Below, in pieces: positions 1 through 14,381 of a stretch of DNA of 64,000 nucleotides (position 1 is the first letter of the stretch; each line of letters opens with the position of its first letter). The stretch lies in the NCBI RefSeq assembly GCF_030384885.1, contig NZ_CP128613.1; one strand, written 5' to 3'. The notes beneath the pieces are model-generated. The model was given only the letters and a program-made list of their open reading frames with translations, searched no databases and was not told the DNA's origin. The position numbers were made by a program, and so were the translations under genes. The DNA is from Escherichia coli. Lineage in GTDB: Bacteria > Pseudomonadota > Gammaproteobacteria > Enterobacterales > Enterobacteriaceae.

Positions 1-435
1 GGCGATCCTTTTGTCAGCACGCCGCTCATCTCGAGGATCATCGCCAGCAGTTTGACCATCGATCCGCCGATGATCGCCGGGATCAGCGGTGACATGGTGC
101 CGATCAGCGCATCCAGGATCCCCGCACCAATGCGACGTAGCGTGAGTTTGGGTTTCCCCACGGGCTGCGTGGGCTGCATATCTCCAGGTAACAAGCTGAC
201 AACTTCCTGAAAAGCCTGCGAAACCGTATTACCGATAATCACCTGACACTGGTTGTCACTACGTACCACACCGAGCACGCCGGAGATAGTTTTTAACGTC
301 GGGCTGTCGATCAGTGCATCATCTTTGATAACAAAGCGCAAACGCGTCATACAGTGCGTGACTGCCGAGATGTTATCAACGCCGCCCAGTGCCGCTATCA
401 CCGAGCGTGCCAGCGCCGCATAATTTTTGGCCATC
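1..435 (-). CDS. ascF: PTS beta-glucoside (arbutin/salicin/cellobiose) EIIBC component, 5' part only; gene continues beyond window start
   Basis: Reverse-strand translation from ATG at complement 433..435 gives MAKNYAALARSVIAALGGVDNISAVTHCMTRLRF..., the PTS EIIB phospho-cysteine motif (C-x-TRLR); divergent to ascG as in the known asc locus. Confidence 0.7.
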
Positions 436-693
436 GGATTTTATCCTGTTATCAGTAGGGTAGAGGTAGTTGTTATCAGTCGACGTGACGGGAAATTGCC
501 GATGCTGAAACGGAATTAAGAAACCGGTTTCACAAAATCATGAATAGTTGATACTGATTAAGCAAGAGGGTTAATTGCTCATTTTTTATATTTGTGAAAC
601 CGGTCACCTGAATATTTTTCCCGCTGCTTGCGCAAGGACAATCAGCCAACGGTGCAGTACACTGCGTTGATTGCGTGTTAAGGGATGAAAATG

Positions 694-1704
694 ATGACGA
701 CAATGCTGGAAGTGGCGAAGCGCGCCGGGGTTTCAAAAGCGACCGTTTCCCGCGTGCTTTCAGGTAATGGCTACGTCAGCCAGGAAACTAAAGATCGCGT
801 GTTTCAGGCGGTGGAAGAGAGCGGCTACCGCCCAAATTTGCTGGCGCGCAATCTGTCAGCGAAGAGTACCCAGACGCTGGGGCTGGTAGTGACCAACACG
901 CTTTACCACGGCATTTATTTTAGTGAATTACTGTTTCATACCGCGAGAATGGCGGAAGAGAAAGGGCGTCAGCTGCTATTGGCAGATGGCAAACATAGCG
1001 CCGAAGAAGAACGCCAGGCGATTCAGTATCTACTGGATCTGCGCTGCGACGCCATTATGATTTACCCGCGCTTTTTAAGCGTGGATGAGATTGATGACAT
1101 CATTGATGCGCACAGTCAGCCGATAATGGTGCTCAATCGACGCCTGCGCAAAAACAGCAGCCATAGTGTCTGGTGCGATCATAAACAGACCAGCTTTAAC
1201 GCCGTGGCAGAGTTGATAAACGCCGGACATCAGGAGATTGCTTTCCTTACCGGTTCGATGGATTCCCCCACCAGCATTGAACGCCTTGCCGGATATAAAG
1301 ACGCGCTGGCGCAGCATAGTATTGCACTCAATGAAAAACTTATCGTCAACGGTAAATGGACGCCTGCCAGCGGGGCCGAAGGGGTAGAAACGTTGCTCGA
1401 ACGTGGGGCTAAATTTAGCGCGTTAGTTGCCAGTAACGACGATATGGCGATAGGTGCGATGAAAGCGTTGCATGACCGTGGTGTAGCGGTGCCGGGGCAA
1501 GTATCGGTTATTGGATTTGATGATATCGCAATTGCCCCCTACACCGTTCCGGCGCTCTCCAGCGTAAAAATTCCGGTGACTGAGATGATTCAGGAAATAA
1601 TTGGGCGGCTGATATTTATGCTCGATGGTGGTGCTTATACACCGCCGAAAACCTTCAGCGGAAAACTGATCCGCCGCGACTCCCTCATTGCTCTTTCGCG
1701 ATAA
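694..1704 (+). CDS. ascG: LacI-family repressor of the asc operon
   Basis: ORF track 685..1704; N-terminal HTH (MTTMLEVAKRAGVSKATVSRVLSG) and periplasmic-binding-like sugar domain; start refined to the MTTML methionine. Confidence 0.85.
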   Translation: MTTMLEVAKRAGVSKATVSRVLSGNGYVSQETKDRVFQAVEESGYRPNLLARNLSAKSTQTLGLVVTNTLYHGIYFSELLFHTARMAEEKGRQLLLADGKHSAEEERQAIQYLLDLRCDAIMIYPRFLSVDEIDDIIDAHSQPIMVLNRRLRKNSSHSVWCDHKQTSFNAVAELINAGHQEIAFLTGSMDSPTSIERLAGYKDALAQHSIALNEKLIVNGKWTPASGAEGVETLLERGAKFSALVASNDDMAIGAMKALHDRGVAVPGQVSVIGFDDIAIAPYTVPALSSVKIPVTEMIQEIIGRLIFMLDGGAYTPPKTFSGKLIRRDSLIALSR

Positions 1705-1852
1705 GCATTGTCATCACATGTCATCGTCACTAGTGTCGATGACATCGTTTATTCTGCATTGCAGAATTTAATTTCTTTAAATAACAATCAATTAAAAGTT
1801 GGCATGATTTGTGAATGTATCGGCGCATTAACTGTCATTGCTGGAGAATTTG

Positions 1853-2380
1853 ATGAACCGTTTCATCATTGCTGACGCGAGTAAATGTATTGGTTGTCGT
1901 ACCTGTGAAGTGGCGTGCGTGGTTTCTCATCAGGAGAATCAGGACTGTGCATCGCTGACCCCGGAAACTTTTTTACCGCGAATCCATGTCATTAAAGGTG
2001 TGAACATTTCCACGGCGACAGTCTGCCGTCAGTGTGAAGATGCACCGTGCGCTAACGTCTGCCCGAATGGTGCTATCAGCCGTGATAAAGGGTTTGTTCA
2101 TGTCATGCAGGAACGTTGCATTGGTTGCAAAACCTGCGTTGTGGCTTGCCCGTATGGTGCGATGGAAGTGGTAGTGCGTCCGGTGATTCGCAACAGCGGC
2201 GCAGGGCTTAACGTACGCGCTGACAAAGCCGAAGCTAATAAATGCGACCTCTGTAACCATCGTGAAGACGGCCCGGCCTGTATGGCTGCTTGCCCGACCC
2301 ATGCGCTGATTTGTGTCGATCGTAATAAACTTGAACAACTGAGCGCAGAAAAACGCCGCCGCACGGCGCTGATGTTCTAA
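1853..2380 (+). CDS. hydN: 4Fe-4S ferredoxin-type electron transfer protein
   Basis: Multiple CxxCxxCxxxCP ferredoxin motifs in track ORF 1838..2380; start refined to [12 protein letters not shown]; position upstream of hypF. Confidence 0.85.
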   Translation: MNRFIIADASKCIGCRTCEVACVVSHQENQDCASLTPETFLPRIHVIKGVNISTATVCRQCEDAPCANVCPNGAISRDKGFVHVMQERCIGCKTCVVACPYGAMEVVVRPVIRNSGAGLNVRADKAEANKCDLCNHREDGPACMAACPTHALICVDRNKLEQLSAEKRRRTALMF

Positions 2381-2532
2381 AAATCTTACAGAACTGTTCT
2401 GGCATCAAAGGAATTCCCGGAAATATTCGTAGAATACGGAGCGGGCGGTATCGCCAACCTGTGACTACCGGATGCGACGCGGTCGTGTCCGGCTGGGCGG
2501 GTTACGCAATTCATGATGGCGGGAATAACTCA

Positions 2533-4785
2533 ATGGCAAAAAACACATCTTGCGGTGTCCAACTGCGTATTCGTGGCAAAGTGCAGGGCGTCGGTTTTCG
2601 TCCATTTGTCTGGCAACTGGCACAGCAATTAAATCTTCACGGCGATGTCTGTAATGACGGCGATGGCGTGGAAGTCCGGTTGCTGGAAGATCCGGAAACG
2701 TTTCTTGTTCAATTGCATCAGGATTGTCCGCCGCTGGCGCGTATTGATAGCGTCGAATGTGAGCCGTTTATCTGGATGCAGCCGCCCACTGAGTTCACCA
2801 TCCGCCAGAGCGCGGGCGGCGTCATGAATACGCAAATTGTTCCCGATGCCGCGACTTGTCCTGCCTGTCTTGCCGAAATGAATACCCCAGGCGAACGGCG
2901 TTATCGTTATCCGTTTATCAACTGTACCCACTGCGGCCCGCGTTTCACCATTATTCGCGCGATGCCTTACGACCGTCCGTTTACCGTGATGGCGGCGTTT
3001 CCGCTATGTCCGGCCTGCGATAAAGAATATCGCGACCCGCTCGATCGTCGCTTTCACGCCCAGCCGGTGGCCTGCCCGGAGTGTGGCCCACATCTTGAAT
3101 GGCTAAGTCATGGTGAACATGCGAAACAAGAGGCGGCATTACAGGCGGCTATCGCTCAGTTAAAAATGGGCAACATTGTCGCTATCAAAGGGATTGGCGG
3201 ATTTCATCTCGCCTGCGATGCGCGTAACAGTAACGCGGTGGCGACACTACGGGCGCGCAAACATCGCCCGGCGAAACCGCTGGCGGTTATGTTGCCAACG
3301 GCAGAAGGTTTGCCCGACGCTGCCCGTCAGTTGCTCACCACGCCCGCCGCGCCGATTGTACTGGTGGATAAAATATATGTTCCGGAACTTTGTGACGATA
3401 TCGCCCCTGGCCTTAACGAAGTCGGGGTGATGTTGCCTGCGAATCCGCTCCAGCATTTGCTGTTACAGGAACTGCAATGCCCGCTGGTGATGACCTCCGG
3501 CAACCTGAGCGGTAAACCACCGGCTATCAGCAACGAACAGGCGCTGGAGGACTTGCAGGACATTGCCGACGGATTCTTGATTCATAACCGCGACATCGTG
3601 CAGCGGATGGATGATTCAGTGGTGCGCGAAAGTGGCGAAATGTTGCGCCGCTCGCGGGGGTATGTACCGGATGCGCTGGCTTTGCCTCTGGGCTTTAAAA
3701 ATATTCCTCCTGTGCTGTGTCTCGGTGCGGATCTGAAAAATACCTTCTGTCTGGTGCGTGGTGAACAGGCGGTGTTGAGTCAACATTTGGGCGATTTAAG
3801 TGACGATGGCATTCAGATGCAGTGGCGCGAAGCGTTGCGCCTGATGCAAAACATCTACGATTTTACTCCACAGTTTGTGGTGCATGATGCGCATCCGGGC
3901 TATGTCTCCAGCCAGTGGGCGCGTGAAATGAATCTGCCGACGCAAACGGTGCTGCATCACCATGCCCACGCGGCGGCGTGTCTGGCAGAACATCACTGGC
4001 CGCTGGATGGCGGTGATGTCATTGCGTTGACGCTCGACGGTATTGGTATGGGGGAGAACAGCGCTTTATGGGGCGGCGAGTGCCTGCGGGTGAACTATCG
4101 CGAATGCCAGCACCTGGGCGGCTTGCCAGCGGTGGCGCTTGCTGGGGGCGATTTGGCGGCGAAGCAGCCGTGGCGTAACCTGCTGGCGCAGTGCCTGCGC
4201 TTTGTGCCGGAGTGGCAGAATTACCCTGAAACGGTAAGTGTGCAACAGCAAAACTGGAGCGTGCTGGCGCGGGCCATTGAGCGTGGAATTAACGCGCCGC
4301 TGGCGTCATCGTGTGGGCGTTTGTTCGATGCTGTGGCGGCGGCACTGGGCTGTGCGCCAGCCACGTTAAGTTATGAAGGTGAAGCGGCTTGCGCCCTTGA
4401 GGCGCTGGCGGCTTCGTGCCAGGGAGTGACGCATCCGGTGACGATGCCGCTGGTGGACAATCAACTGGATCTCGCCACTTTCTGGCAGCAGTGGCTGAAC
4501 TGGCAGGCTCCGGTTAATCAACGCGCGTGGGCATTTCATGATGCGCTGGCGCAGGGTTTTGCCGCGTTGATGCGTGAGCAGGCCACGATGCGTGGTATCA
4601 CTACGCTGGTATTTAGCGGCGGGGTTATTCATAACCGTTTGCTGCGTGCACGTCTGGCGCATTATCTTGCTGATTTTACGTTGCTCTTCCCGCAGAGTTT
4701 ACCTGCGGGGGATGGCGGGTTGTCTCTGGGGCAGGGGGTTATTGTTGCGGCCCGTTGGGTGGCGGGTGAAGTCCAGAATGGATAA
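2533..4785 (+). CDS. hypF: Carbamoyltransferase HypF, [NiFe]-hydrogenase maturation
   Basis: Track ORF 2461..4785; acylphosphatase-like N-terminus ([10 protein letters not shown]), two Zn-finger CxxC pairs, YrdC and Kae1-like domains; start refined to [15 protein letters not shown]. Confidence 0.9.
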   Translation: MAKNTSCGVQLRIRGKVQGVGFRPFVWQLAQQLNLHGDVCNDGDGVEVRLLEDPETFLVQLHQDCPPLARIDSVECEPFIWMQPPTEFTIRQSAGGVMNTQIVPDAATCPACLAEMNTPGERRYRYPFINCTHCGPRFTIIRAMPYDRPFTVMAAFPLCPACDKEYRDPLDRRFHAQPVACPECGPHLEWLSHGEHAKQEAALQAAIAQLKMGNIVAIKGIGGFHLACDARNSNAVATLRARKHRPAKPLAVMLPTAEGLPDAARQLLTTPAAPIVLVDKIYVPELCDDIAPGLNEVGVMLPANPLQHLLLQELQCPLVMTSGNLSGKPPAISNEQALEDLQDIADGFLIHNRDIVQRMDDSVVRESGEMLRRSRGYVPDALALPLGFKNIPPVLCLGADLKNTFCLVRGEQAVLSQHLGDLSDDGIQMQWREALRLMQNIYDFTPQFVVHDAHPGYVSSQWAREMNLPTQTVLHHHAHAAACLAEHHWPLDGGDVIALTLDGIGMGENSALWGGECLRVNYRECQHLGGLPAVALAGGDLAAKQPWRNLLAQCLRFVPEWQNYPETVSVQQQNWSVLARAIERGINAPLASSCGRLFDAVAAALGCAPATLSYEGEAACALEALAASCQGVTHPVTMPLVDNQLDLATFWQQWLNWQAPVNQRAWAFHDALAQGFAALMREQATMRGITTLVFSGGVIHNRLLRARLAHYLADFTLLFPQSLPAGDGGLSLGQGVIVAARWVAGEVQNG

Positions 4786-4807
4786 ACGTGTTGCATTTGG
4801 GCGCAGT

Positions 4808-4893
4808 GCCGGATGCGGCGTGAACGCCTTATCCGGCCTACACATGCGCTCCCCGTAGGTCGGATAAGACGCGCCAGCGTCGCATCCGACATT
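4808..4893. repeat. REP/BIME-type extragenic palindromes between hypF and norW
   Basis: gccggatgcggcgtgaacgccttatccggcctac and inverted partner gtaggtcggataagacgcgccagcgtcgcatccgac read directly. Confidence 0.8.
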
Positions 4894-4911
4894 TTGGGCA
4901 CAGTAGTCCGC

Positions 4912-6045
4912 CTACATCGGCAAGGTTTTCAATAATCCAAACGCCTCTTTCATCCGATCCTCACTGACTACAAAGGCGCGAAGCTGGTCGGCATCGTCAA
5001 CGCCGCGCGCCACCATTCCCTGGCTTTCGGTACAAATCTGCCAGCGCAAATCCCGACGCTGGGTTTCCCCTGCCAGATGCAGCGGTAATTCCGGCGTTTT
5101 GATTTTCACCAGCATCGCCGGTAGTTTCAGCGGTGCGTTTCCACCGAGCAAGTTCTTCGCCAGCACCATCGCGCTAAGTTGAATCGGCTGCAGGAACGGC
5201 AATACCTGACCATTAATTTCTGCGCAATCGCCCAGCGCGTAAATATCGGCATTACTGGTTTGCAGATAACTATCGACGCAAACGCCGCGATTAATCGTCA
5301 GCCCGGCGCGTCGTGCCAGGGCGGTTTCCGGGCGCAGTCCGGTGGCGGCAATTACCGCATCCACTTCGGTGCTGCGCTGGCGGTCCAGCGTTGCCAGAAT
5401 GCCAGAATTCGTTTTTTCCAGCCCCTGCAACTGAGATTTCAACAGCAGATGAACGCCCATCTCCGTCAACCGATGCTGTAAGCGACTGCTTACTTCCGGT
5501 GGCATTAACGACGCCAGAATACTGGCAGCGTTGTCGATTAGCGTGACCGCTTTGCCTGCCCGACAAAAATCCATCGCCAGTTCGCTACCAATCAAACCAC
5601 CGCCTACAATCAACACCCGTCGGGCATCCCGCAGTTGTGTTTCACAGGCGCGATACTCTTGCTGACTATTTAACGTCAGCATTAACTCACGCCCAGGCAC
5701 CGGCGGGACAAAGGCGTTGGCACCGGTTGCCAGCACTAGCTTGTCGTATTGCCACTGATTATTCTGGCTTTTCACCACATGGGCTTCGGCATCGATATCC
5801 GTCACCCAGGTGTGCGGAAACAGGCGCAGATTAAACTGCTCGGCAAATTCACCCGCCGTCTGGCGGGTAAGGTCGTCGGCACGTTGCCCCTGACTGATCA
5901 CATGGCTAAGATCAGGTTTGTTGTACTCATCCATGCTGTCGGCGGCAATCAGGGTCAATGGAATACCGGTATCCTGTTTACGAATATTTTTCACCAGTTG
6001 GCGGGCGGCGAAGCCTGAACCAATGATCACAATGCCGTTGCTCAT
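4912..6045 (-). CDS. norW: NADH:flavorubredoxin reductase
   Basis: Track ORF 377 aa, [22 protein letters not shown] Rossmann motif; 4-nt overlap with norV. Confidence 0.9.
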   Translation of the reverse strand: MSNGIVIIGSGFAARQLVKNIRKQDTGIPLTLIAADSMDEYNKPDLSHVISQGQRADDLTRQTAGEFAEQFNLRLFPHTWVTDIDAEAHVVKSQNNQWQYDKLVLATGANAFVPPVPGRELMLTLNSQQEYRACETQLRDARRVLIVGGGLIGSELAMDFCRAGKAVTLIDNAASILASLMPPEVSSRLQHRLTEMGVHLLLKSQLQGLEKTNSGILATLDRQRSTEVDAVIAATGLRPETALARRAGLTINRGVCVDSYLQTSNADIYALGDCAEINGQVLPFLQPIQLSAMVLAKNLLGGNAPLKLPAMLVKIKTPELPLHLAGETQRRDLRWQICTESQGMVARGVDDADQLRAFVVSEDRMKEAFGLLKTLPM

Positions 6046-7481
6046 TTTGCCTCCGATGCCAGTTCGTCAAAGACGTCTTTGCCGATGGAGCATTCCGGGC
6101 ACAGGAAGTTATCCGGGACTTCACTCCACGGCGTGCCTGGCGCAACGTCCTGCATTGGCTCGCCTTTTGCCGGATCGTAAATCCACTGGCAGACACTGCA
6201 CTGCATCCGCGGACCGAGATCAGCCGTCGTGGCGGCACAGGTTTCTTCTTTAACCACCGTATTCACCGTGCTTTGCGGCAGCGGCGAAAGCGCCCACTGA
6301 CGGGCAATTTCACGACCGTGTTCACGGCATAACTCCAGCGCGTCCTGGTCCGGTCGCCATTTGGCTTTCAGGCTAAGCGACATTTCGAAACCTGCATCCT
6401 GCAGGCGTGTGGAAAGACGATCCACCGCACCGCCGCTCCAGCCGTGAGAGCCGAAAGCACTGGCGCGTTTGTTACGGAAGCGTAATCCGGTCATCTCCTC
6501 CACCAGCCCGGCGATTTTCGGCATCATCACGTTATTCATCGTCGAAGTGCCAACCAGCACGCCTTTTGAGCGGAAGACATTGGTCAGGATTTCGTTTTTA
6601 TCGCTTCGGGCGACGTTGAAAATTTTCACCGCTACGCGCGGGTCGGTTTCCGCAATCCCCTGGGCGATAGCGTCAGCCATCATGCGGGTGTTATTCGACA
6701 TGGTGTCGTAGAAAATGGTGATTCTGTCTTCCTGATAATCCGCCGCCCATTTCAGGTACAGCTCGACAATTTGCGTCGGGTTATCGCGCCACACCACACC
6801 GTGAGAGGTGGCAATCATATCGACCGGCAAGTTAAAGCCCAGGATCTCGGTGATTTTCGGCGTTACCAGGCGGCTGAACGGTGTCAGGATATTGGCGTAG
6901 TAACGCTGGCACTGCTCGAAAAGCTCGGTCTGATCCACTTCATCGTTGAACAGATGCTCGTCGCAGTAGTGCTGACCGAAAGCATCGTTACTGAACAGCA
7001 CCGCGTCGCCCGTCAGGTAAGTCATCATGCTGTCCGGCCAGTGCAGCATTGGCGTTTCGACAAAAATGAGCTGTTTGCCGTTGCCGATATCCAGCGTGTC
7101 GCCGGTTTTCACCACGTTGAAATTCCACTCTGGATGATGGTGATGACCATTTATTGAGTCGATAGCGTTGGCAGTACAATAGATCGGCGTATCGGGAATT
7201 TGCGCCATCAGTTCGGTCAGCGCCCCGGCGTGGTCCTCTTCAGCATGGTTAATCACGATGTAATCGATATCCGCCAGATCGATTTCATTACGCAGGTTCT
7301 GCACAAATTCGCGGCTGAATTTATGGTCGACGGTGTCGATCAGCACGTTTTTTTCTTCGCGAATGAGGTAGCTGTTGTAGCTGCTGCCGCGCAGCGTTTT
7401 ATATTCTGTACCGTGAAAATCACGCACTTCCCAGTCACGTTGACCAACCCAATGAATGTTATTTTTCACCACAATAGACAT
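6042..7481 (-). CDS. norV: Anaerobic nitric oxide reductase flavorubredoxin
   Basis: Track ORF 479 aa; metallo-beta-lactamase-like and flavodoxin domains with C-terminal rubredoxin CxxC...CPxC. Confidence 0.9.
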   Translation of the reverse strand: MSIVVKNNIHWVGQRDWEVRDFHGTEYKTLRGSSYNSYLIREEKNVLIDTVDHKFSREFVQNLRNEIDLADIDYIVINHAEEDHAGALTELMAQIPDTPIYCTANAIDSINGHHHHPEWNFNVVKTGDTLDIGNGKQLIFVETPMLHWPDSMMTYLTGDAVLFSNDAFGQHYCDEHLFNDEVDQTELFEQCQRYYANILTPFSRLVTPKITEILGFNLPVDMIATSHGVVWRDNPTQIVELYLKWAADYQEDRITIFYDTMSNNTRMMADAIAQGIAETDPRVAVKIFNVARSDKNEILTNVFRSKGVLVGTSTMNNVMMPKIAGLVEEMTGLRFRNKRASAFGSHGWSGGAVDRLSTRLQDAGFEMSLSLKAKWRPDQDALELCREHGREIARQWALSPLPQSTVNTVVKEETCAATTADLGPRMQCSVCQWIYDPAKGEPMQDVAPGTPWSEVPDNFLCPECSIGKDVFDELASEAK

Positions 7482-7528
7482 AGCAACCTCAATTTATTCA
7501 GCGTGTTCTAAAAAGATGTCTTGTTAAT

Positions 7529-7544
7529 TGCAGATTGCGTGCCA
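7529..7544 (-). promoter_or_regulatory. Sigma-54 (-24/-12) promoter of norVW
   Basis: Reverse complement reads TGGCAC-gcaat-cTGCA, matching the GG-N10-GC sigma-54 consensus upstream of norV. Confidence 0.75.
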
Positions 7545-7599
7545 GTTTTTTATCTAATTGTTTTTAATATATAAATTAATTTATGCTCATTAATGAGTA

Positions 7600-7655
7600 G
7601 TCAAAATGACTATCAATCAAATGGTCGATATGACAATATCTATAGTCAAATTGAC
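7600..7655. promoter_or_regulatory. Three NorR enhancer-binding sites (GT-N7-AC)
   Basis: gtcaaaatgac (7600..7610), gtcgatatgac (7624..7634), gtcaaattgac (7645..7655) in the norR-norV divergent intergenic region. Confidence 0.8.
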
Positions 7656-7667
7656 AGTGAGGCAAAG

Positions 7668-9182
7668 ATGAGTTTTTCCGTTGATGTGCTGGCGAATATC
7701 GCCATCGAATTGCAGCGTGGGATTGGTCATCAGGATCGTTTTCAGCGCCTGATCACCACGTTGCGTCAGGTGCTGGAGTGCGATGCGTCTGCGTTGCTAC
7801 GTTACGACTCGCGGCAGTTTATTCCGCTTGCCATCGACGGACTGGCGAAGGATGTACTCGGTAGACGCTTTGCCCTGGAAGGGCATCCGCGGCTGGAAGC
7901 GATAGCCCGCGCCGGGGACGTGGTGCGTTTTCCCGCAGACAGCGAATTGCCCGATCCCTATGACGGTTTGATTCCAGGGCAGGAGAGTCTGAAGGTTCAC
8001 GCCTGCGTTGGTCTGCCGTTATTTGCCGGACAAAACCTGATCGGTGCATTGACACTCGACGGGATGCAGCCCGATCAGTTCGATGTTTTCAGCGACGAAG
8101 AGTTACGGCTGATTGCCGCGCTGGCGGCGGGAGCGTTAAGCAATGCGTTGCTGATTGAACAGCTGGAAAGTCAGAATATGCTGCCGGGCGATGCCGCGCC
8201 GTTTGAAGCGCTGAAAGAGACGCAGATGATCGGCCTGTCGCCAGGCATGACGCAATTGAAAAAAGAGATTGAGATTGTGGCGGCGTCCGATCTCAACGTC
8301 CTAATCAGTGGTGAGACGGGAACGGGTAAGGAGCTGGTGGCGAAAGCGATTCATGAAGCCTCGCCACGGGCGGTGAATCCGTTAGTCTATCTCAACTGTG
8401 CCGCACTGCCGGAAAGTGTGGCGGAAAGTGAGTTGTTTGGGCATGTGAAAGGGGCGTTTACTGGCGCTATCAGTAACCGCAGTGGGAAGTTTGAAATGGC
8501 GGATAACGGCACGCTGTTTCTGGATGAGATCGGCGAGTTGTCGTTGGCATTGCAGGCCAAGCTGCTGAGGGTATTGCAGTATGGCGATATTCAGCGCGTT
8601 GGCGATGACCGTAGTTTGCGGGTCGATGTGCGCGTGCTGGCGGCGACTAACCGCGACTTGCGCGAAGAGGTGCTGGCAGGGCGATTTCGTGCCGACTTGT
8701 TTCATCGCCTGAGTGTGTTTCCGCTTTCGGTGCCGCCGCTGCGTGAGCGGGGTGATGACGTCATTCTGCTGGCGGGGTATTACTGCGAACAGTGCCGCCT
8801 GCGGTTGGGGCTTTCCCGCGTGGTGTTAAGTTCCGGGGCGCGGAATTTATTGCAACATTATAGTTTTCCGGGAAACGTGCGTGAACTGGAACATGCTATT
8901 CACCGGGCGGTAGTGCTGGCGAGAGCGACCCGCAGCGGCGATGAAGTGATTCTTGAGGCGCAACATTTTGCTTTTCCTGAGGTGACGTTGCCGCCGCCAG
9001 AAGCGGCGGCGGTGCCTATTGTTAAGCAAAACCTGCGTGAAGCGACAGAAGCGTTCCAGCGTAAAACCATTCGCCAGGCACTGGCACAAAATCATCACAA
9101 CTGGGCTGCCAGCGCACGGATGCTGGAAACCGACGTCGCCAACTTGCATCGGTTGGCGAAACGTCTGGGGCTGAAAGATTAA
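7668..9182 (+). CDS. norR: Sigma-54-dependent NO-responsive transcriptional activator
   Basis: Track ORF 7593..9182; GAF domain, AAA+ sigma-54 activator domain (GETGTGKE Walker A, GAFTGA motif), C-terminal HTH; start refined to [14 protein letters not shown]. Confidence 0.9.
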   Translation: MSFSVDVLANIAIELQRGIGHQDRFQRLITTLRQVLECDASALLRYDSRQFIPLAIDGLAKDVLGRRFALEGHPRLEAIARAGDVVRFPADSELPDPYDGLIPGQESLKVHACVGLPLFAGQNLIGALTLDGMQPDQFDVFSDEELRLIAALAAGALSNALLIEQLESQNMLPGDAAPFEALKETQMIGLSPGMTQLKKEIEIVAASDLNVLISGETGTGKELVAKAIHEASPRAVNPLVYLNCAALPESVAESELFGHVKGAFTGAISNRSGKFEMADNGTLFLDEIGELSLALQAKLLRVLQYGDIQRVGDDRSLRVDVRVLAATNRDLREEVLAGRFRADLFHRLSVFPLSVPPLRERGDDVILLAGYYCEQCRLRLGLSRVVLSSGARNLLQHYSFPGNVRELEHAIHRAVVLARATRSGDEVILEAQHFAFPEVTLPPPEAAAVPIVKQNLREATEAFQRKTIRQALAQNHHNWAASARMLETDVANLHRLAKRLGLKD

Positions 9183-10144
9183 ATAATCCCGGCCTGATAG
9201 AAATCCTGCAGGTTAATCGCGCCGACGAGTTTGCCGTTTTCATCTACCACCGGTGCGGCGGTGATTTTGCGTTTCATCAGAACTTCTTTGGCGTCGATGG
9301 CGCGGCTTTGCGCCTGTAATGTGGTGCCGCCTGTCGTCATCGCTTCATTAACTGGCGTGGTGAGTGCGCCGCCGCCAACCAGCCAGCGACGTAAATCCCC
9401 GTCGGTAAAGACGCCTTTCACCAGCCGTTGATCGTCGCACACGGCTACCAGTCCCAGACCGGTGCGACTAAGTTCCAGCATCGCATCCATCACGCTGGCG
9501 GTTAACGCCACCTGCGGGATGGCGTCATCACGGCGCATCAGATGATGCACTTTGTTCAGCAAGCGAGCGCCCAGAGCCCCAGCTGGGTGGGAGCGGGCAA
9601 AATCTTCTTCATTAAATCCGCGCGCCTGCATGACCGCCATCGCCAGCGCGTCGCCCATCATCAGGGTATTGACGGTGCTGGAGGTCGGCGCAAGATGCAT
9701 CGGGCAGGCTTCGCGTTCTACAGAGATATCCAGCACCGCTTTCGCCGCCAGGCCCAGCGGTGATGTCGGTTTACCGGTCATCGCCAGCAGCGCGATAGAT
9801 TTGTCTTCTAGACGCGGAATAATCAGATCCAGTTCCTTTGCGCCACCGGAGTAAGAGATAAACAGCATCACATCGCGGCTTTCAATCATCCCCAGATCGC
9901 CGTGCAGTGCTTCTGCCGGATGGACAAAAAAAGCAGGCGTGCCGGTACTGGCAAGCGTTGCGGCGATTTTCTTACCAATGTGGCCCGATTTGCCAATTCC
10001 CGAAACCACCACTTTGCCTTCGCAGTGCAGGATGATATTGGCGGCGCGAACAAAATCATCGCCCAGACGTTCTGGTAAACGGCTTGCTTCCTGCAACTCC
10101 AGCATTAACGTCTGACGTCCCGCGTTCAGTAGTGCTTCACTCAT
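9179..10144 (-). CDS. gutQ: D-arabinose-5-phosphate isomerase (SIS plus tandem CBS domains)
   Basis: Track ORF 321 aa; SIS motif [13 protein letters not shown]; position after srlR. Confidence 0.85.
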   Translation of the reverse strand: MSEALLNAGRQTLMLELQEASRLPERLGDDFVRAANIILHCEGKVVVSGIGKSGHIGKKIAATLASTGTPAFFVHPAEALHGDLGMIESRDVMLFISYSGGAKELDLIIPRLEDKSIALLAMTGKPTSPLGLAAKAVLDISVEREACPMHLAPTSSTVNTLMMGDALAMAVMQARGFNEEDFARSHPAGALGARLLNKVHHLMRRDDAIPQVALTASVMDAMLELSRTGLGLVAVCDDQRLVKGVFTDGDLRRWLVGGGALTTPVNEAMTTGGTTLQAQSRAIDAKEVLMKRKITAAPVVDENGKLVGAINLQDFYQAGII

Positions 10145-10910
10145 TGCTCTCTCCGGTTATGATCACATCGATCCCTTTCTCTTCCAGCGCCTGACGAAAC
10201 GCCGGATCGATACCTGCGTCGGTAATTAGCTTATCGACGCTTTCAAGACTGCAAACTACGTTGGGGCTTTTACGGCCAAACTTTGATGAGTCCGCCATCA
10301 AAATCACTTCGCGCGCGGCATTACACATCGCTTTACTGACGGTATAGACCTCGTTGAAGGTGGTTACGCCTGCATTGAGATCGATGCCATCGGTGCCCAT
10401 AAACAATTTATCGAAGCTGAAATGTTCGAAGGCGTTCTCTGCCAGCTGCCCGTGAAATGAGGCCGATTTTTTACGAAATGTGCCGCCTGGCATCAGGATA
10501 GTTTGTTCGTTATCCAGTTCGGATAGCGCATTGACGATGTGCAGGCTGTTGGTCATCACCGTGATGTTATTAAAGCGCGAGAGCAGAGGCACCATCTGTA
10601 ATACGGTACTGCCAGCATCAAGAATGATTGAATCGCCATCATGAATAAAACTGACGGCAGCTTCTGCAATCAGCTCTTTCTTGTGGGTGTTGATGAGCGT
10701 TTTATGATCGATAGGTGGATCGGATTCCTCTTTATTTAACACCACGCCGCCATAGGTACGAATGACGGTTCCAGCATGTTCCAGAATGACCAGATCTTTG
10801 CGAATGGTTGTGCCTGTGGTGTCAAAGTATTGCGCCAATTCTTCAACCGAGCATTTCCCCTGCTTTTGCAGATACTCCAGAATGGCGGCCTGACGCTGAC
10901 GAGGTTTCAT
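10137..10910 (-). CDS. srlR: DeoR-family glucitol operon repressor
   Basis: Track ORF 257 aa with N-terminal DeoR HTH; operon context. Confidence 0.85.
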   Translation of the reverse strand: MKPRQRQAAILEYLQKQGKCSVEELAQYFDTTGTTIRKDLVILEHAGTVIRTYGGVVLNKEESDPPIDHKTLINTHKKELIAEAAVSFIHDGDSIILDAGSTVLQMVPLLSRFNNITVMTNSLHIVNALSELDNEQTILMPGGTFRKKSASFHGQLAENAFEHFSFDKLFMGTDGIDLNAGVTTFNEVYTVSKAMCNAAREVILMADSSKFGRKSPNVVCSLESVDKLITDAGIDPAFRQALEEKGIDVIITGESNE

Positions 10911-10976
10911 GGGCGTGATTACCTGATTTAGGTTTCAAAATGATAACTTCGCAAGCTAGTAACATTCACAACGAAA

Positions 10977-11336
10977 TTATCCACGTTTCAGTTTAAGCGC
11001 CAATGATAGAGCATTCTGTGATAGTGGATCATGGGGAAAGATCACATCGGGCTGTAAATCAGCAGAATGCATGCCTGTAATTGCGGGAATTTTTTGCGGT
11101 CGGGCGAAGACGGTCAGTCCTTTCATAAACAAGGTGTCGACGATGCGTTGCTGATCGTCCAGCGCGATGGCGACCACGACCCGCGGTTTAAAGCGCCCGC
11201 TGGAACGGCCCACGCCAACCCGCCCTTGCTGGCATAGTGTGTCGAAGGCACGGTTAAAACGAGAAATTTGCCAACCGCCTAAGGCCAGTTGCGCACACCA
11301 GGCGATAACGGCGACGGTGATGAGTGCGGATACCAT
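10977..11336 (-). CDS. gutM: Glucitol operon activator
   Basis: Track ORF 119 aa with N-terminal membrane anchor; between srlD and srlR. Confidence 0.8.
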   Translation of the reverse strand: MVSALITVAVIAWCAQLALGGWQISRFNRAFDTLCQQGRVGVGRSSGRFKPRVVVAIALDDQQRIVDTLFMKGLTVFARPQKIPAITGMHSADLQPDVIFPHDPLSQNALSLALKLKRG

Positions 11337-11370
11337 AACTTTTCCTTAATGTAGTGGCGGAAGTCCTGTA

Positions 11371-11435
11371 TGCCTGATGAGCGTAGCGCATCAGGCATTT
11401 TATTAGTCTCGCGGAGATCCTTAACGGATCTCCGC
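11371..11435. repeat. REP-like palindrome plus a stem-loop between srlD and gutM
   Basis: tgcctgatgagcgtagcgcatcaggca palindrome and gcggagatcc-ttaa-cggatctccgc hairpin read directly. Confidence 0.6.
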
Positions 11436-11441
11436 TGTTAA

Positions 11442-12596
<1,155 letters not shown>

Positions 12597-12606
12597 GTTT
12601 CAGCCT

Positions 12607-14144
<1,538 letters not shown>

Positions 14145-14381
14145 TTATTGTTTTATTACCAAACGGCAACCTAATCTAATCAGATTGAAAGATTTAAAAG
14201 TGTTATTTTGATCGCAAAATGAAAGATAAATATTTTAACTTGAAAGTTTAAATGAAAGGATAGCGAGGAGAATGAGTTGAGTTATGTAAAGTCCGTATCG
14301 GGCGGTGACTACCGCTTCCTTGTGCGGGGCGTGATGCTTTACCATACTTGCCCCTGGTTGAATCTGTTAAATGGACCCCTC

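Noticed and set aside
4574-4901. Short ORFs (94 and 79 aa) overlapping the hypF 3' end and the REP region
   Set aside because: They overlap a supported gene and a palindromic repeat, and their translations are Arg/Cys-rich low-complexity.
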